A stretch of 64,000 nt of DNA from an uncultured virus (IMG/VR IMGVR_UViG_3300010429_001900) (IMGVR_UViG_3300010429_001900), one strand, 5' to 3'; shown: positions 37,553-45,928, numbered from the stretch's first letter. Numbers and translations: made by a program. Notes: generated from the letters alone by a model not told the origin.

Positions 37553-37908
37553 GGCTTCCCGATCTGCGCCTGGGGCGCTTTGTCGGGGCGCAGCACGCCG
37601 GACATGCCGGCACCCAGCACCGCGGCCAGGATCAGTCCGACGCCCTTGATCACCCACTCGCTCGACTGCTTCTGCAGAGGATGCGCCTGCTCCAGCGCCT
37701 TGACGCGCGCCTCCAGCTTCTCGAGGTCGGAGAAGGCTCGGCCGAGCGTGGCGCGGTCGGTGATCTGCCGCTCCTCCATCACCGCCAGGCGGGTTACAGC
37801 ATCCGCCAGGCGAGTCATCGAGCTCTTCACCTCCGCCATGTCGCTGGCCAGCCCGCGCAGCTCGGTGATGGCAGCCGTCAGCTGCACCTGCTCCTGCGGC
37901 GTCGCCAT
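37549..37908 (-). CDS. Holin-like protein (coiled coil plus C-terminal TM)
   Basis: LADAVTRLAVMEERQ..RVKALE..hydrophobic tail. Confidence 0.65.
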   Translation of the reverse strand: MATPQEQVQLTAAITELRGLASDMAEVKSSMTRLADAVTRLAVMEERQITDRATLGRAFSDLEKLEARVKALEQAHPLQKQSSEWVIKGVGLILAAVLGAGMSGVLRPDKAPQAQIGKP

Positions 37909-38423
37909 CAGTGCACCACCACGGTGGTGACGTAGTCCTGCAGGCCGATCACCTGGAGGCGGAGTCCGTCAGCTGCTGCAGCCACGTCTCGATGCTCGTC
38001 TGCGCACGCGCCGAGTAGCTCTCGGGCGACGGCGGCTTCATGAGCGAAGGCGGCGGCAGCGGGATCCTGGGGGGCGGCACGGGCGTTGAGGCGGGCGATT
38101 GCGTCGCGCAGGCCTGCAACAGCAGCACGAGCACTACGAGCCCGAGTCTCTGCAGCGTCGAGCTGCTTCTGTGTCTCATCGGCAATCCTTTCGGTCTCGA
38201 CGGCCATGGCGCGCTCGGCCTCGCGGTGCGCCGCCACCTGGGCCAGCGCCGCGTCCGCCGCCGCCTGCCGGATCTGCGCGATCTCGGTGTCCTTGGCGGC
38301 CAGGCGCGTCTCGGCGGCAGACAGGCGCACGGTCTGCACGCCCAAGATCGCCAGGCACAGCGCGATGACCCCACCCAGCACGCCGAACGCCTTCCAGCTC
38401 AGCGGGTTCAGCACGCCGATCAC
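37908..38423 (-). CDS. i-spanin (Rz-like)
   Basis: N-terminal TM, Ala-rich coil, ends GLQDYV. Confidence 0.8.
   Translation of the reverse strand: MIGVLNPLSWKAFGVLGGVIALCLAILGVQTVRLSAAETRLAAKDTEIAQIRQAAADAALAQVAAHREAERAMAVETERIADETQKQLDAAETRARSARAAVAGLRDAIARLNARAAPQDPAAAAFAHEAAVARELLGACADEHRDVAAAADGLRLQVIGLQDYVTTVVVH
37949..38179 (-). CDS. o-spanin (Rz1-like lipoprotein) nested in Rz
   Basis: Lipobox LLLQAC followed by a Pro-rich body. Confidence 0.8.
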   Translation of the reverse strand: MRHRSSSTLQRLGLVVLVLLLQACATQSPASTPVPPPRIPLPPPSLMKPPSPESYSARAQTSIETWLQQLTDSASR

Positions 38424-38590
38424 TTCTGCACCCACTTCTGCGTCACGTTGGCCGCCAGGTAGGCGGTCACGGTCGCGATGGTCACGGCCGAGTAGACGCC
38501 ATCGGCAATGTGGCCGAAGTACACCAGGCCGGTCGCGCTGGCCACGGTGGCCACGGCGAACAGGAACTTGCGGCTGCGGTAGGGGGTCAT
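38420..38590 (-). CDS. Small holin-like protein
   Basis: SRKFLFAV plus two hydrophobic helices. Confidence 0.7.
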   Translation of the reverse strand: MTPYRSRKFLFAVATVASATGLVYFGHIADGVYSAVTIATVTAYLAANVTQKWVQK

Positions 38591-39081
38591 GCGACTTCCG
38601 TTCTTTGCGGCACCACCGGCTTCAGGCACAGCTCGCGCTCGGCCTTGCGGCGGTTGGTCAGCCCGCGCACCTCGCGGCCGCCGGCCCGGTTCCAGCGCAG
38701 GATCTGGTCGCACGCGGCAGCCAGGTCGCCGGCGTTCGCCAGCTTCACCAGCGTCGAGCCGCAGAACGCGTTCTCGCCGATGTTGAAGGCCAGCGCCACG
38801 AACGCGTCGTACTGGTTCTGGTTGATCGGCACCTGCACGCAGCGCAGCACCGCCGCGCCGAAGCGGTCGACGTTCTTGCGCAGGATGGCGTCGCAGCGCT
38901 CCTTCGACCACACCTCGCCGAGCTTCACGTCCGGCCCGGTGTGGCCCTCGCACACCGTGGGCACGCCCACGATGTCCACGTACACCTCGTTGCGCGAGCC
39001 TTCCCAGTTGCCGATGAAGGCCAGCAGGGATGCCCCGGCGACGACGATCGCCGCCGCGCCCTTCTTCGTGTTGGGCGTCAC
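38587..39081 (-). CDS. GH24 lysozyme (SAR-type endolysin)
   Basis: Hydrophobic N-terminus; WEG..Y.DIVGVPTVCEGHT; FNIG; GLTNRR. Confidence 0.92.
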   Translation of the reverse strand: MTPNTKKGAAAIVVAGASLLAFIGNWEGSRNEVYVDIVGVPTVCEGHTGPDVKLGEVWSKERCDAILRKNVDRFGAAVLRCVQVPINQNQYDAFVALAFNIGENAFCGSTLVKLANAGDLAAACDQILRWNRAGGREVRGLTNRRKAERELCLKPVVPQRTEVA

Positions 39082-39284
39082 TTCGGCGCCGGCTGCGCCA
39101 CCAGGCGGACGAACGCGCCGGCCATGGCCACCAGGCCCGACATCGCCGCGAACACGCCCGGGTTGAACACGTCGAAGAACATCGGCAACACCACCTCGGC
39201 GGCGCTCAGCAGCGCAGCCAGCGCGGCCAGGCGCACGCTCCAGGCGTTGCGCAGCACCGTCTTCCAGTCGGGCAGGAGCTTCAT
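39078..39284 (-). CDS. Holin
   Basis: MKLLPDWKTVLRNAWSVRL..RLVAQP, two TMs. Confidence 0.8.
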   Translation of the reverse strand: MKLLPDWKTVLRNAWSVRLAALAALLSAAEVVLPMFFDVFNPGVFAAMSGLVAMAGAFVRLVAQPAPK

Positions 39285-39304
39285 GTTCGACCTCGGTGGT
39301 GGCC

Positions 39305-39580
39305 TCGTACAGCGATACCGGCGCGGGTGGTTGCCTGTTCGCCGGGAGATGCTTTGCGCGCCGGCCGGCTCACCGCCCCGGCATCGCTGTACGGGCCCTG
39401 CTGAAGTGGGCGAGCCCCGCAACCGGCGACACCTTGGTCGTGACTGCGGGGCTCTTCTCTCGCGGCTTCAGGTTGTGCGAAGACGGCTCCGCAACCAGGT
39501 AGGTTGCGGCGCTGCCATGTTGTTCTTGTGTCACCGCCGGCCGATGACCGGTGGCGGGCACCGGATCCAGTCCCGTGCCA
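39305..39580 (-). ncRNA. Structured late-operon leader (candidate)
   Basis: Long stems GTACAGCGAT/ATCGCTGTAC, GAGCCCCGCA/TGCGGGGCTC, CCGCAACC/GGTTGCGG. Confidence 0.45.
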
Positions 39581-39588
39581 TGGGCATC

Positions 39589-39616
39589 ATTGTACAACGG
39601 GCAGTTTTCCGGTCAA
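39589..39616 (-). promoter_or_regulatory. Late promoter (pR'-like)
   Basis: TTGACC-16-TACAAT. Confidence 0.7.
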
Positions 39617-39646
39617 CAGGTTGTGCGCCGCTTCGCCTGCTGGGAA

Positions 39647-39685
39647 AACAAACCGTTGACACGCCATTGTTTGTTATGCCACAAT
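39647..39685 (+). promoter_or_regulatory. Early rightward promoter with inverted operator pair
   Basis: TTGACA-18-CACAAT; AACAAACCGTT-8-ATTGTTTGTT. Confidence 0.7.
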
Positions 39686-39711
39686 CCCTTCACCAACCCA
39701 CGGAGATCGAC

Positions 39712-39876
39712 ATGAACTACCTGCAAGAGCAAGAGGCCCGCGACTACGACAACGCCTACCACGACCGGTTCGACGGCTTCGACCGCGGCGACGCCGACTG
39801 GGACTACGAGGCCGAGCGGCTCGCCCAGAACGAAGCCGACGAGATCGAGCTGCGCGCCGCCGGACTGATCGACTGA
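39712..39876 (+). CDS. Small acidic early protein
   Basis: GGAG RBS; MNYLQEQEARDYD... Confidence 0.75.
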   Translation: MNYLQEQEARDYDNAYHDRFDGFDRGDADWDYEAERLAQNEADEIELRAAGLID

Positions 39877-39890
39877 GCCAGGGCCTGCTC

Positions 39891-40010
39891 ATGAAACTGA
39901 CCATCCCCCAGGCCCGCCCGTTCACCCGGGCCCCCATCAAGCCGGTGCAGCGCCACGCCGACCAGCGCAAGCGCCGCACGCCGAAGCACCCGCACCGCCA
40001 CCACGACTGA
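39891..40010 (+). CDS. Small basic peptide
   Basis: MKLTIPQARPF..KRRTPKH, fills the gap in the operon. Confidence 0.5.
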   Translation: MKLTIPQARPFTRAPIKPVQRHADQRKRRTPKHPHRHHD

Positions 40011-40020
40011 GGAGACCGCC

Positions 40021-40374
40021 ATGCCCAAGATCACCAAGCAGCAACAAGAGATCGACCAACTGCGCCGCGAGCTCGCCGAGCGCCAGAAGCTGGTCGGCGA
40101 CCTGAAGTCCTCGCTTAGCCGCGTCTTCCGCGAACTCAGCAAGTGGACGCCTGACCTGCTGGAGGCTCGCAAGCTCTGCCTCGACACCTCCCCCACTCAA
40201 GCCTGGAAGGTCGAAGTGACGTCCTACGCGGAACGCGGGAGCTACGTGGTCGGCCAGCAACTGTTCTACACCCGCGCTGCCGCCGAGGACTACGCCGAGG
40301 CGAACGAGGACGACGATGGCCGCAGCCGATCCGTCGTCCACAAGACCCGCCCCGGCGACAAGGCGTTCGCCTAG
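40021..40374 (+). CDS. Hypothetical protein
   Basis: GAGGAG RBS, codon bias. Confidence 0.75.
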   Translation: MPKITKQQQEIDQLRRELAERQKLVGDLKSSLSRVFRELSKWTPDLLEARKLCLDTSPTQAWKVEVTSYAERGSYVVGQQLFYTRAAAEDYAEANEDDDGRSRSVVHKTRPGDKAFA

Positions 40375-40435
40375 CCTGACCACCCTGCAGCCGCAAGCCG
40401 GCTGCCACCTTTGCATCAACCACCAGGAGTCCGAC

Positions 40436-40567
40436 ATGGCCACCCGCCTGCGCATCACCCGCCCCTCGCTCCGGCACTGCTCGCTGCCGTACTGCGTCGG
40501 CATGACCACCGGCATCGCCGCCCTGCTCGGCGCCTGGTCCTGCCTCGCCTGGGTGGCGCTGTCGTGA
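40436..40567 (+). CDS. Small membrane peptide
   Basis: AGGAG RBS, hydrophobic C-terminus. Confidence 0.55.
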   Translation: MATRLRITRPSLRHCSLPYCVGMTTGIAALLGAWSCLAWVALS

Positions 40568-41085
40568 GCCGCCGCGAATACACGGCCGCCGACGGGTCGG
40601 CCCTCCACGTCACGGCCACCGCCGAGCGCGGCTACTTCAGCGTGACGGCGGACTGGCCCAGCCAGCGCGCGGGCGGCTGCCTGCACGAGGAAGTGGCGGC
40701 TGCTGCGCCGGCCCTGAAGCCGCTCATCGCGCTGCACCTGTCGGACGCCCAGACGGGCGAGCCGATGCATGCCGAGGCGAACGGCTTCTACTGGCTCGCC
40801 GGGGCCGCAGGCGGCCTGGGCCAGACCCACCACGGGGCCAACAGCGAGCCGCCCCGCACCGGCGAGCAGTGCCTGTCGATCCTGGCGCAGCACCTGCGCA
40901 TCAGCGAGGACGAGGCGCGCCAGATGACCGGGGCGGTGGCCCGCACGCACGCCGAAGAGGGCCCGACCCGAGCGAGGGAGGTGTTCTCCGGCTACGTGGA
41001 GTTCCTGCGCGGCGAGTGGGCAGCCGAAGCGGCCGCAGGCCGGGCCCTGCTAGCGTCCCTGGACGCCAACAAGGCAGGAGCCTGA
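40564..41085 (+). CDS. Hypothetical phage protein
   Basis: GGCLHEE..PLIALHLSD..GEPMH..NG.YW. Confidence 0.75.
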   Translation: MSRREYTAADGSALHVTATAERGYFSVTADWPSQRAGGCLHEEVAAAAPALKPLIALHLSDAQTGEPMHAEANGFYWLAGAAGGLGQTHHGANSEPPRTGEQCLSILAQHLRISEDEARQMTGAVARTHAEEGPTRAREVFSGYVEFLRGEWAAEAAAGRALLASLDANKAGA

Positions 41086-41088
41086 GAC

Positions 41089-41469
41089 ATGGCAACCACC
41101 ACCCCCCAGCTCACCGAGCGCCGCAAGGCCGACCGCCAGGCCATGGCGCAGAAGCTGGCCGAGATCGCGGCCCGTCACGGCGCGACCGCGCACATCACGG
41201 TCGAAGATGGCGACACGACCCTCGTGCTGCGGCACCCGTCCAGCCTGCAGTGCTACGTCTGGCTCGAGCGCCGCTCGGTGCAGCCAGACGTCCACGTCAT
41301 CCCGTGGCACCTCGCAATCGGCTGCACCAAGCGCCTGGCGCCGTCCTTCGGCGACGTGAACCCGTACCACGGCCACAAGGCCACGCACGTCGCTTGCGGC
41401 TGGCCCGCGCTGGCCGCCGAGATCGAGCGCGGCCTGCGCGCGGCTGCCGACGGCACCGCCTACGCCTGA
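41089..41469 (+). CDS. Hypothetical protein
   Basis: AGGAG RBS; GDVNPYHGHKAT. Confidence 0.75.
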   Translation: MATTTPQLTERRKADRQAMAQKLAEIAARHGATAHITVEDGDTTLVLRHPSSLQCYVWLERRSVQPDVHVIPWHLAIGCTKRLAPSFGDVNPYHGHKATHVACGWPALAAEIERGLRAAADGTAYA

Positions 41470-41491
41470 ACCAAACCCTATAGGGATCCGC

Positions 41492-41863
41492 ATGAACACC
41501 GAAGACTTCCTCCGCACCTACCACCTGTCGCGCAACGGCGCCAACCAGATGTACCGCCACCCGCTGTGGAAGCGGCTGGTCTACAGCGACGGCATCCGCG
41601 ACCTGGCCGACGCGGGCTGCCACTGGCTGCTCGACATCATCGGCACCGAGGTGGTCCAGGCCATGACGCGCTGCACCGGCCTGGGCATCCTCAAGGCCGT
41701 CGTCACGGAAAGCCGGGCCAGGCTGGAGCTGACCCTGACGGACGACGCGCCTCCGGCCTGGGCGAGGGACGTGCCCTACACCGACCTGCCGGAAGGCGAG
41801 TGGATCCTCTACCTGTCCAGCGACGGTCGCGACTGCACCGTGATCCTGCCCAACGAATACTGA
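41492..41863 (+). CDS. DUF6876-like protein
   Basis: YRH...VYSDGIRDLA..GCHWLLDII..PYTDLP..ILPNEY. Confidence 0.7.
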   Translation: MNTEDFLRTYHLSRNGANQMYRHPLWKRLVYSDGIRDLADAGCHWLLDIIGTEVVQAMTRCTGLGILKAVVTESRARLELTLTDDAPPAWARDVPYTDLPEGEWILYLSSDGRDCTVILPNEY

Positions 41864-41878
41864 CCCGAGGACCGCACC

Positions 41879-42097
41879 ATGACGACCGGAACCCGCACCA
41901 ACCCGAAGACCGGGATGAAAGAGACCTACGAGCTGCCGCCGCCGGTCGATCTGGCCCGCAGCCGCAAGGAGCTGCGCGACATGATCCACGGCAACACCCA
42001 GTGGCACGTCGACCCGGGCTCGCCGCCGCCCACGCAACCCGCACAACCTGCCGACAGCGACCAGGACCAGGACTGGATCGGCGTCTACGGGTACTGA
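41879..42097 (+). CDS. Hypothetical protein
   Basis: GAGGA RBS. Confidence 0.7.
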   Translation: MTTGTRTNPKTGMKETYELPPPVDLARSRKELRDMIHGNTQWHVDPGSPPPTQPAQPADSDQDQDWIGVYGY

Positions 42098-42100
42098 GCC

Positions 42101-42376
42101 ATGAAGATCACCTACCTGAACCGCATCTTCACCGAGCAGGGCTGGGACGTCTACAGCCTGGTCGAGCTGGAGGAGGCAGAGATCGAGCAGGCGCGCCAGC
42201 AGCGCACAGGTGAGGCCCGCCTGGTGGAGGACTGGCTGAACGACCGGCGTGAGTCGACCATGGCGCGCGCCGGCGACAGCGCGTCGATCTCCATGTCGGC
42301 CTCACCGCACCCGGGCCGGCCGCACACCTTCATCGTCGTCGCCGAAGTCTGCCTGGCCCGCGAGCCGAAGGCCTAA
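42101..42376 (+). CDS. Hypothetical protein
   Basis: Operonic, codon bias. Confidence 0.7.
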   Translation: MKITYLNRIFTEQGWDVYSLVELEEAEIEQARQQRTGEARLVEDWLNDRRESTMARAGDSASISMSASPHPGRPHTFIVVAEVCLAREPKA

Positions 42377-42390
42377 CCCAGGAGCCAACC

Positions 42391-42552
42391 ATGCCCTACC
42401 GCGCCCTCCTCATCACCCTGGCCATCGCCGCTGCGGCCGTGCTGTCCGCGCTGCACCTCGTCGCGCAGGCGCAGGAGGCTGCGCGCCGCCTGGCCGCCGA
42501 GCACGCCGCCAAGGTCTGCCGCGCCGTCGGCGACGACGCGTGCGATCTCTAA
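42391..42552 (+). CDS. Small protein with N-terminal TM
   Basis: AGGAG RBS; MPYRALLITLAIAAAAV. Confidence 0.65.
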   Translation: MPYRALLITLAIAAAAVLSALHLVAQAQEAARRLAAEHAAKVCRAVGDDACDL

Positions 42553-42563
42553 AAAATGGTCTG

Positions 42564-42592
42564 TTGACAATCAAACAGTTATGGCGTAACAT
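42564..42592 (+). promoter_or_regulatory. Sigma70 promoter
   Basis: TTGACA-17-TAACAT; spacer contains TCAAACAGTT. Confidence 0.8.
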
Positions 42593-42679
42593 TCAGCCTC
42601 GCCTCAACCAACGGAGATCGACAAGTGACCAAGACTGAGATCAAGCGGCTCTGCGGAATAACGCGTGGAAGTGACCATC

Positions 42680-43009
42680 ATGAGTGACAACCAGAAAACG
42701 GAAAAACGTGTGGAAAAGCGGCAGGCGAAGAACCGCCACGGCCAGTTCATGCGCCTGGACTGGGAAGACGATTCGGACGTGGAGTACGTCTACGGCCACG
42801 TCACCCTTGACCAGGCCAAGGCTGCGTTTGAGAGCTATGGCGGCTCTGGTTGTGGTGAGGCTGTGAACGGCATCAAGCATCGCTGGGCGCGCAAATGTCC
42901 GACCGGGCAGTATTCGGAGTACGAGTGGATGCTGCACACCTACGACGTGCCGTCTCGCGGCGCGTTCCCGGTGACTGAGCTTGATGTCTCCACTGCCAGG
43001 ACCGCGTGA
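42680..43009 (+). CDS. Passenger gene 1, hypothetical
   Basis: MSDNQKTEK..EYVYGHV..FPVTEL; lower GC. Confidence 0.7.
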   Translation: MSDNQKTEKRVEKRQAKNRHGQFMRLDWEDDSDVEYVYGHVTLDQAKAAFESYGGSGCGEAVNGIKHRWARKCPTGQYSEYEWMLHTYDVPSRGAFPVTELDVSTARTA

Positions 43010-43311
43010 TGCCCTGCTACATCGAGCACACCAAGGACGGCGACACGATGTTCCTGTGTGGCGACCTCGGGCCGCACTGCGCAGCCGACAAGTGCGCGGC
43101 CGTGAGCGGCTGGCTGTGCGACTACCCGGTTGGCGATGGCAAGACCTGCGACCTGCCACTGTGCGGCAGCCATGCCTACGAGGTGGCACCGAACATTCAC
43201 TACTGCCCCGGCCACCTGACGCTCTGGAGCGCATTCCGCGACTCCGGCGGTGTGAAGCGCGAGCTTGAGAACGTGGTCCCGTTTCCACACAGCACCACTT
43301 CCAAGTCATGA
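43006..43311 (+). CDS. Passenger gene 2, Cys/His-rich (Zn-binding?)
   Basis: LCDYPV..KTCDLPLCGSH..HYCPGH. Confidence 0.75.
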   Translation: MMPCYIEHTKDGDTMFLCGDLGPHCAADKCAAVSGWLCDYPVGDGKTCDLPLCGSHAYEVAPNIHYCPGHLTLWSAFRDSGGVKRELENVVPFPHSTTSKS

Positions 43312-43541
43312 CCCCGTTTCCACACGTTAATCCGTTGAGCCGATCAAGCAAGCCCGCGCCGCCGGCAACAGCGCCTGGGAGGTGCTCGCGATGGTGGTCG
43401 CCGCCGGGCGCGAGTTCCCGGACGCCGTCTTCGCCGTGTCCCAGGCCCTGCGCATGGACCCCGAAGAGGTCGAGCAGATGGAAGCCGACTACGACGAGTG
43501 CTGCTGAGCGCCCCTACACCCGCCACCCCCAGGAGATCCAC

Positions 43542-43969
43542 ATGACCGACCAGACCAACACCCCCGACAACCTCGAAGCCGTGATGCGCCGCATCAAGAA
43601 GCTGCTGGCCTTCGCCGAAGACTCGCGCGGCAACCCGACCGAGTGCGCCGCCGCTGCGCGCATGGCCGAGTCGATCATGCGCAAGCACCAGATCGAACAC
43701 GCCGACGTGATCACGAAGGAGCTGCAGGGCGCCGACGCCTTCGCCAGCGCCGACGTGGGCACGACGATGGACCCCGAGGCCGCATCCAAGCCCGCGACCG
43801 CGCGCTGCAGACCTTCGACCAGGCGGCGGCCACCCAGACGGTCGGCCTGTACGAGATCCGCCGGCGCGGCACCGGCCGGCTGCTCGGCTACCACCTCAGC
43901 GCGTGGCAGCACCTGATGCCGCTGCGCACCGAGCGCGGCCGCTACTTCATCCCCATCCGCCAGTCCTGA
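43542..43969 (+). pseudogene. DUF2786-like gene 5' part joined out of frame to the 3' end of another gene
   Basis: AGGAG RBS; RIKKLLA..N..E.AAA..A..IMRKH; coding-like frame switches near 43778. Confidence 0.6.
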
Positions 43970-43979
43970 AAGCACCACC

Positions 43980-44732
43980 ATGAAGAAGTACGAGCTCGTC
44001 CACAGCGACACGATCACCATCGCCCCTGGACGCACTGCCACGCGCATTCGCGCGCTGGTCGCGATCGCAGCGCTGGGCATCACCCCCGGCGAGCTGGGAG
44101 GCTATGTCGAAACCGAATCTAACCTCGCCCAGGTGGGCGGCGACGCCTGGGTGTACGGCAACGCCTGGGTGAGCGGCGACGCCCGGGTGAGCGGCAACGC
44201 CCGGGTGAGCGGCGACGCCCGGGTGAGCGGCAACGCCCGGGTGAGCGGCGACGCCCGGGTGAGCGGCAACGCCTGGGTGAGCGGCGACGCCGGGGTGAAC
44301 GGCAACGCCTGGGTGTACGGCAACGCCCGGGTGAGCGGCGACGCCTGGGTGTACGGCGACGCCCGGGTGAGCGGCAACGCCCGGGTGAGCGGCGACGCCC
44401 GGGTGTACGGCAACGCCCGGGTGAGCGGCAACGCCTGGGTGTACGGCGACGCCCGGGTGAGCGGCAACGCCTGGGTGAGCGGCGACGCCCGGGTGAGCGG
44501 CAGCGCCTCCATCCTGGTGATCGGCCCAATCGGCTCGCGCCAAGCGATGCTGACGGCGCACGCCGACGCAAAGACCGGCGTGCGCTTCTCGACTGGCTGC
44601 TTCAGCGGATCGCGCGCCGAGTTCGAAGCAGCAATCACCGCCAGGCACGGCAACAACGAGCACGGCAAAGCCTACGCGGCTGCGCTGATGCTGGCCGACG
44701 TCGTCATCAAGCCTGCCGGGGTGACGCAATGA
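43980..44732 (+). CDS. Left-handed beta-helix hexapeptide-repeat protein
   Basis: GELGGYVE.E.NL, 21 V(S/Y)G(N/D)A(R/W) repeats, TGCF.G. Confidence 0.85.
   Translation: MKKYELVHSDTITIAPGRTATRIRALVAIAALGITPGELGGYVETESNLAQVGGDAWVYGNAWVSGDARVSGNARVSGDARVSGNARVSGDARVSGNAWVSGDAGVNGNAWVYGNARVSGDAWVYGDARVSGNARVSGDARVYGNARVSGNAWVYGDARVSGNAWVSGDARVSGSASILVIGPIGSRQAMLTAHADAKTGVRFSTGCFSGSRAEFEAAITARHGNNEHGKAYAAALMLADVVIKPAGVTQ
44133..44510 (+). repeat. 18-bp coding tandem repeat, 21 copies
   Basis: Unit GTG(AG/TA)CGGC(G/A)ACGCC(C/T)GG. Confidence 0.95.
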
Positions 44733-44980
44733 ACCTCATCCCCATCCCTCGCTCCAGCTCCGAGCTGCAGCACCTCGACAAGCGCGGCCTCGGCTTCGGC
44801 CGCAGTGCCCTGGCGCAGTGCATCGCTCGGCGCAAGGGCAATCAGCCGCTGTCGGTCGACTTCACCTGCGGCAATCCTGTCCATTCCGGAACGGGCTTCG
44901 CCGACACCGAGGGCCCGCCCTTCAGGGCCTACTACTGCCATGCCTGCGGCCTGCGCCTGGGCGGGAGGGCAGCGTCGTGA
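44729..44980 (+). CDS. Hypothetical protein
   Basis: ATGA overlap; PFRAYYCHAC. Confidence 0.65.
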   Translation: MNLIPIPRSSSELQHLDKRGLGFGRSALAQCIARRKGNQPLSVDFTCGNPVHSGTGFADTEGPPFRAYYCHACGLRLGGRAAS

Positions 44981-45141
44981 ACGCAGAGCCGCGCATGGTC
45001 GCCTGGCTGGTGTTCCTGGCGCACCGCCACCTGACCACCGTGTACTTCACCCCGGACTGCAGCGCCGAGTACGTGCGTCGCAGCCTGATCGACCACGACG
45101 GCATGCACCCGAACATCTTCGTGCGCCGTCGCGGCTACTGA
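44977..45141 (+). CDS. Hypothetical protein
   Basis: GTGA overlap; EYVRRSLIDHDG. Confidence 0.65.
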   Translation: MNAEPRMVAWLVFLAHRHLTTVYFTPDCSAEYVRRSLIDHDGMHPNIFVRRRGY

Positions 45142-45151
45142 GGCACGAGCC

Positions 45152-45391
45152 ATGCTCATCCTGCTGCAACGACAGCTCTCCGGGGACTCCGCCCGCTGGC
45201 GCACCGTCGGCCGCCTGGCGCTCGACAAGGTCGACCAGGTGCTGCACGAGTCCGACGCGCTGGCCCGGCTCTTCAGCGACATCTCCGCCATGCGCCTGGC
45301 CGCCGACGCCAGCGCCAACCACGCCGTCGTCGCCACCTGGTCGTGGCACGAAGGCTGGCAGATGGCCGACACCGCGAGGAGCCTGCCGTGA
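45152..45391 (+). CDS. Hypothetical protein
   Basis: Operonic. Confidence 0.65.
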   Translation: MLILLQRQLSGDSARWRTVGRLALDKVDQVLHESDALARLFSDISAMRLAADASANHAVVATWSWHEGWQMADTARSLP

Positions 45392-45579
45392 TCTACGACG
45401 ACGGACGCGACGACTACTGGGACCGCTACGACGACGGGCTTGTCCCGCGTCGCGGCGCGGCAGGCTGCCAGTGCGGCAACGACCTGCCGGGCCGCTGCCC
45501 GGGATCCGACATCTGCCCGCTGTGCGAGCCGATGGACACCGACACCGACACCGACGAAGAGGAAGCCGACCATGAATGA
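45388..45579 (+). CDS. Small Cys-rich acidic protein
   Basis: GCQCG.DLPGRCPG..ICPLC. Confidence 0.65.
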   Translation: MIYDDGRDDYWDRYDDGLVPRRGAAGCQCGNDLPGRCPGSDICPLCEPMDTDTDTDEEEADHE

Positions 45580-45844
45580 CCGACAAGACCGCGCCACGCT
45601 GTTCAACCCCGACAGCCAGCAGCTGCTCGACGACCGCGAGATGTACCTCGAAGGCGACATCGTGCGCGACTGCGACGGGCGCGCGCTGTTCCTGGTGCCG
45701 CTGGACATCAGCCGCCAGTCGCTGGCCACCATCCTGCTGTGGGGCGAGCGCTGCTACAGCGACGGCGAGCGCCTGGGCCGCCACACCCTGAAGGGCCAGC
45801 TGCTCGGCCTGATCGGCGCGCAGCCCGCGGTCGAGCCTGCGTGA
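45572..45844 (+). CDS. Hypothetical protein
   Basis: GAGGA RBS. Confidence 0.65.
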   Translation: MNDRQDRATLFNPDSQQLLDDREMYLEGDIVRDCDGRALFLVPLDISRQSLATILLWGERCYSDGERLGRHTLKGQLLGLIGAQPAVEPA

Positions 45845-45853
45845 CCGGACACG

Positions 45854-45892
45854 CACAAACAGTTGACACAACAACTGATTGTGACGTAAGAT
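45854..45892 (+). promoter_or_regulatory. Sigma70 promoter with inverted operator pair
   Basis: TTGACA-18-TAAGAT; CACAAACAGTT-8-AACTGATTGTG. Confidence 0.8.
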
Positions 45893-45928
45893 CTGGTCTT
45901 CCTCAACCGCAACCACCGGAGAATCGCA

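Larger units (their letters stand above)
42647..43341. mobile_element. Non-autonomous TIR cassette (IS1595-like ends), 695 bp, two passenger genes
   Basis: 24-bp TIRs (20/24 match) flanked by the exact 8-bp direct repeat GATCAAGC (42639-42646, 43342-43349); no transposase. Confidence 0.85.
42625..43507 (+). pseudogene. Small phage gene interrupted by the TIR cassette
   Basis: Removing 42647-43349 restores MTKTEIKQARAAGNSAWEVL...EADYDECC*. Confidence 0.8.

Noticed and set aside
43308..43541. 5' extension of the 202-aa ORF in the track
   Set aside because: Reads through the TIR and the broken gene off-frame; the real RBS/start is at 43542
44133..44510. Possible CRISPR array
   Set aside because: No spacers; in-frame coding hexapeptide repeat
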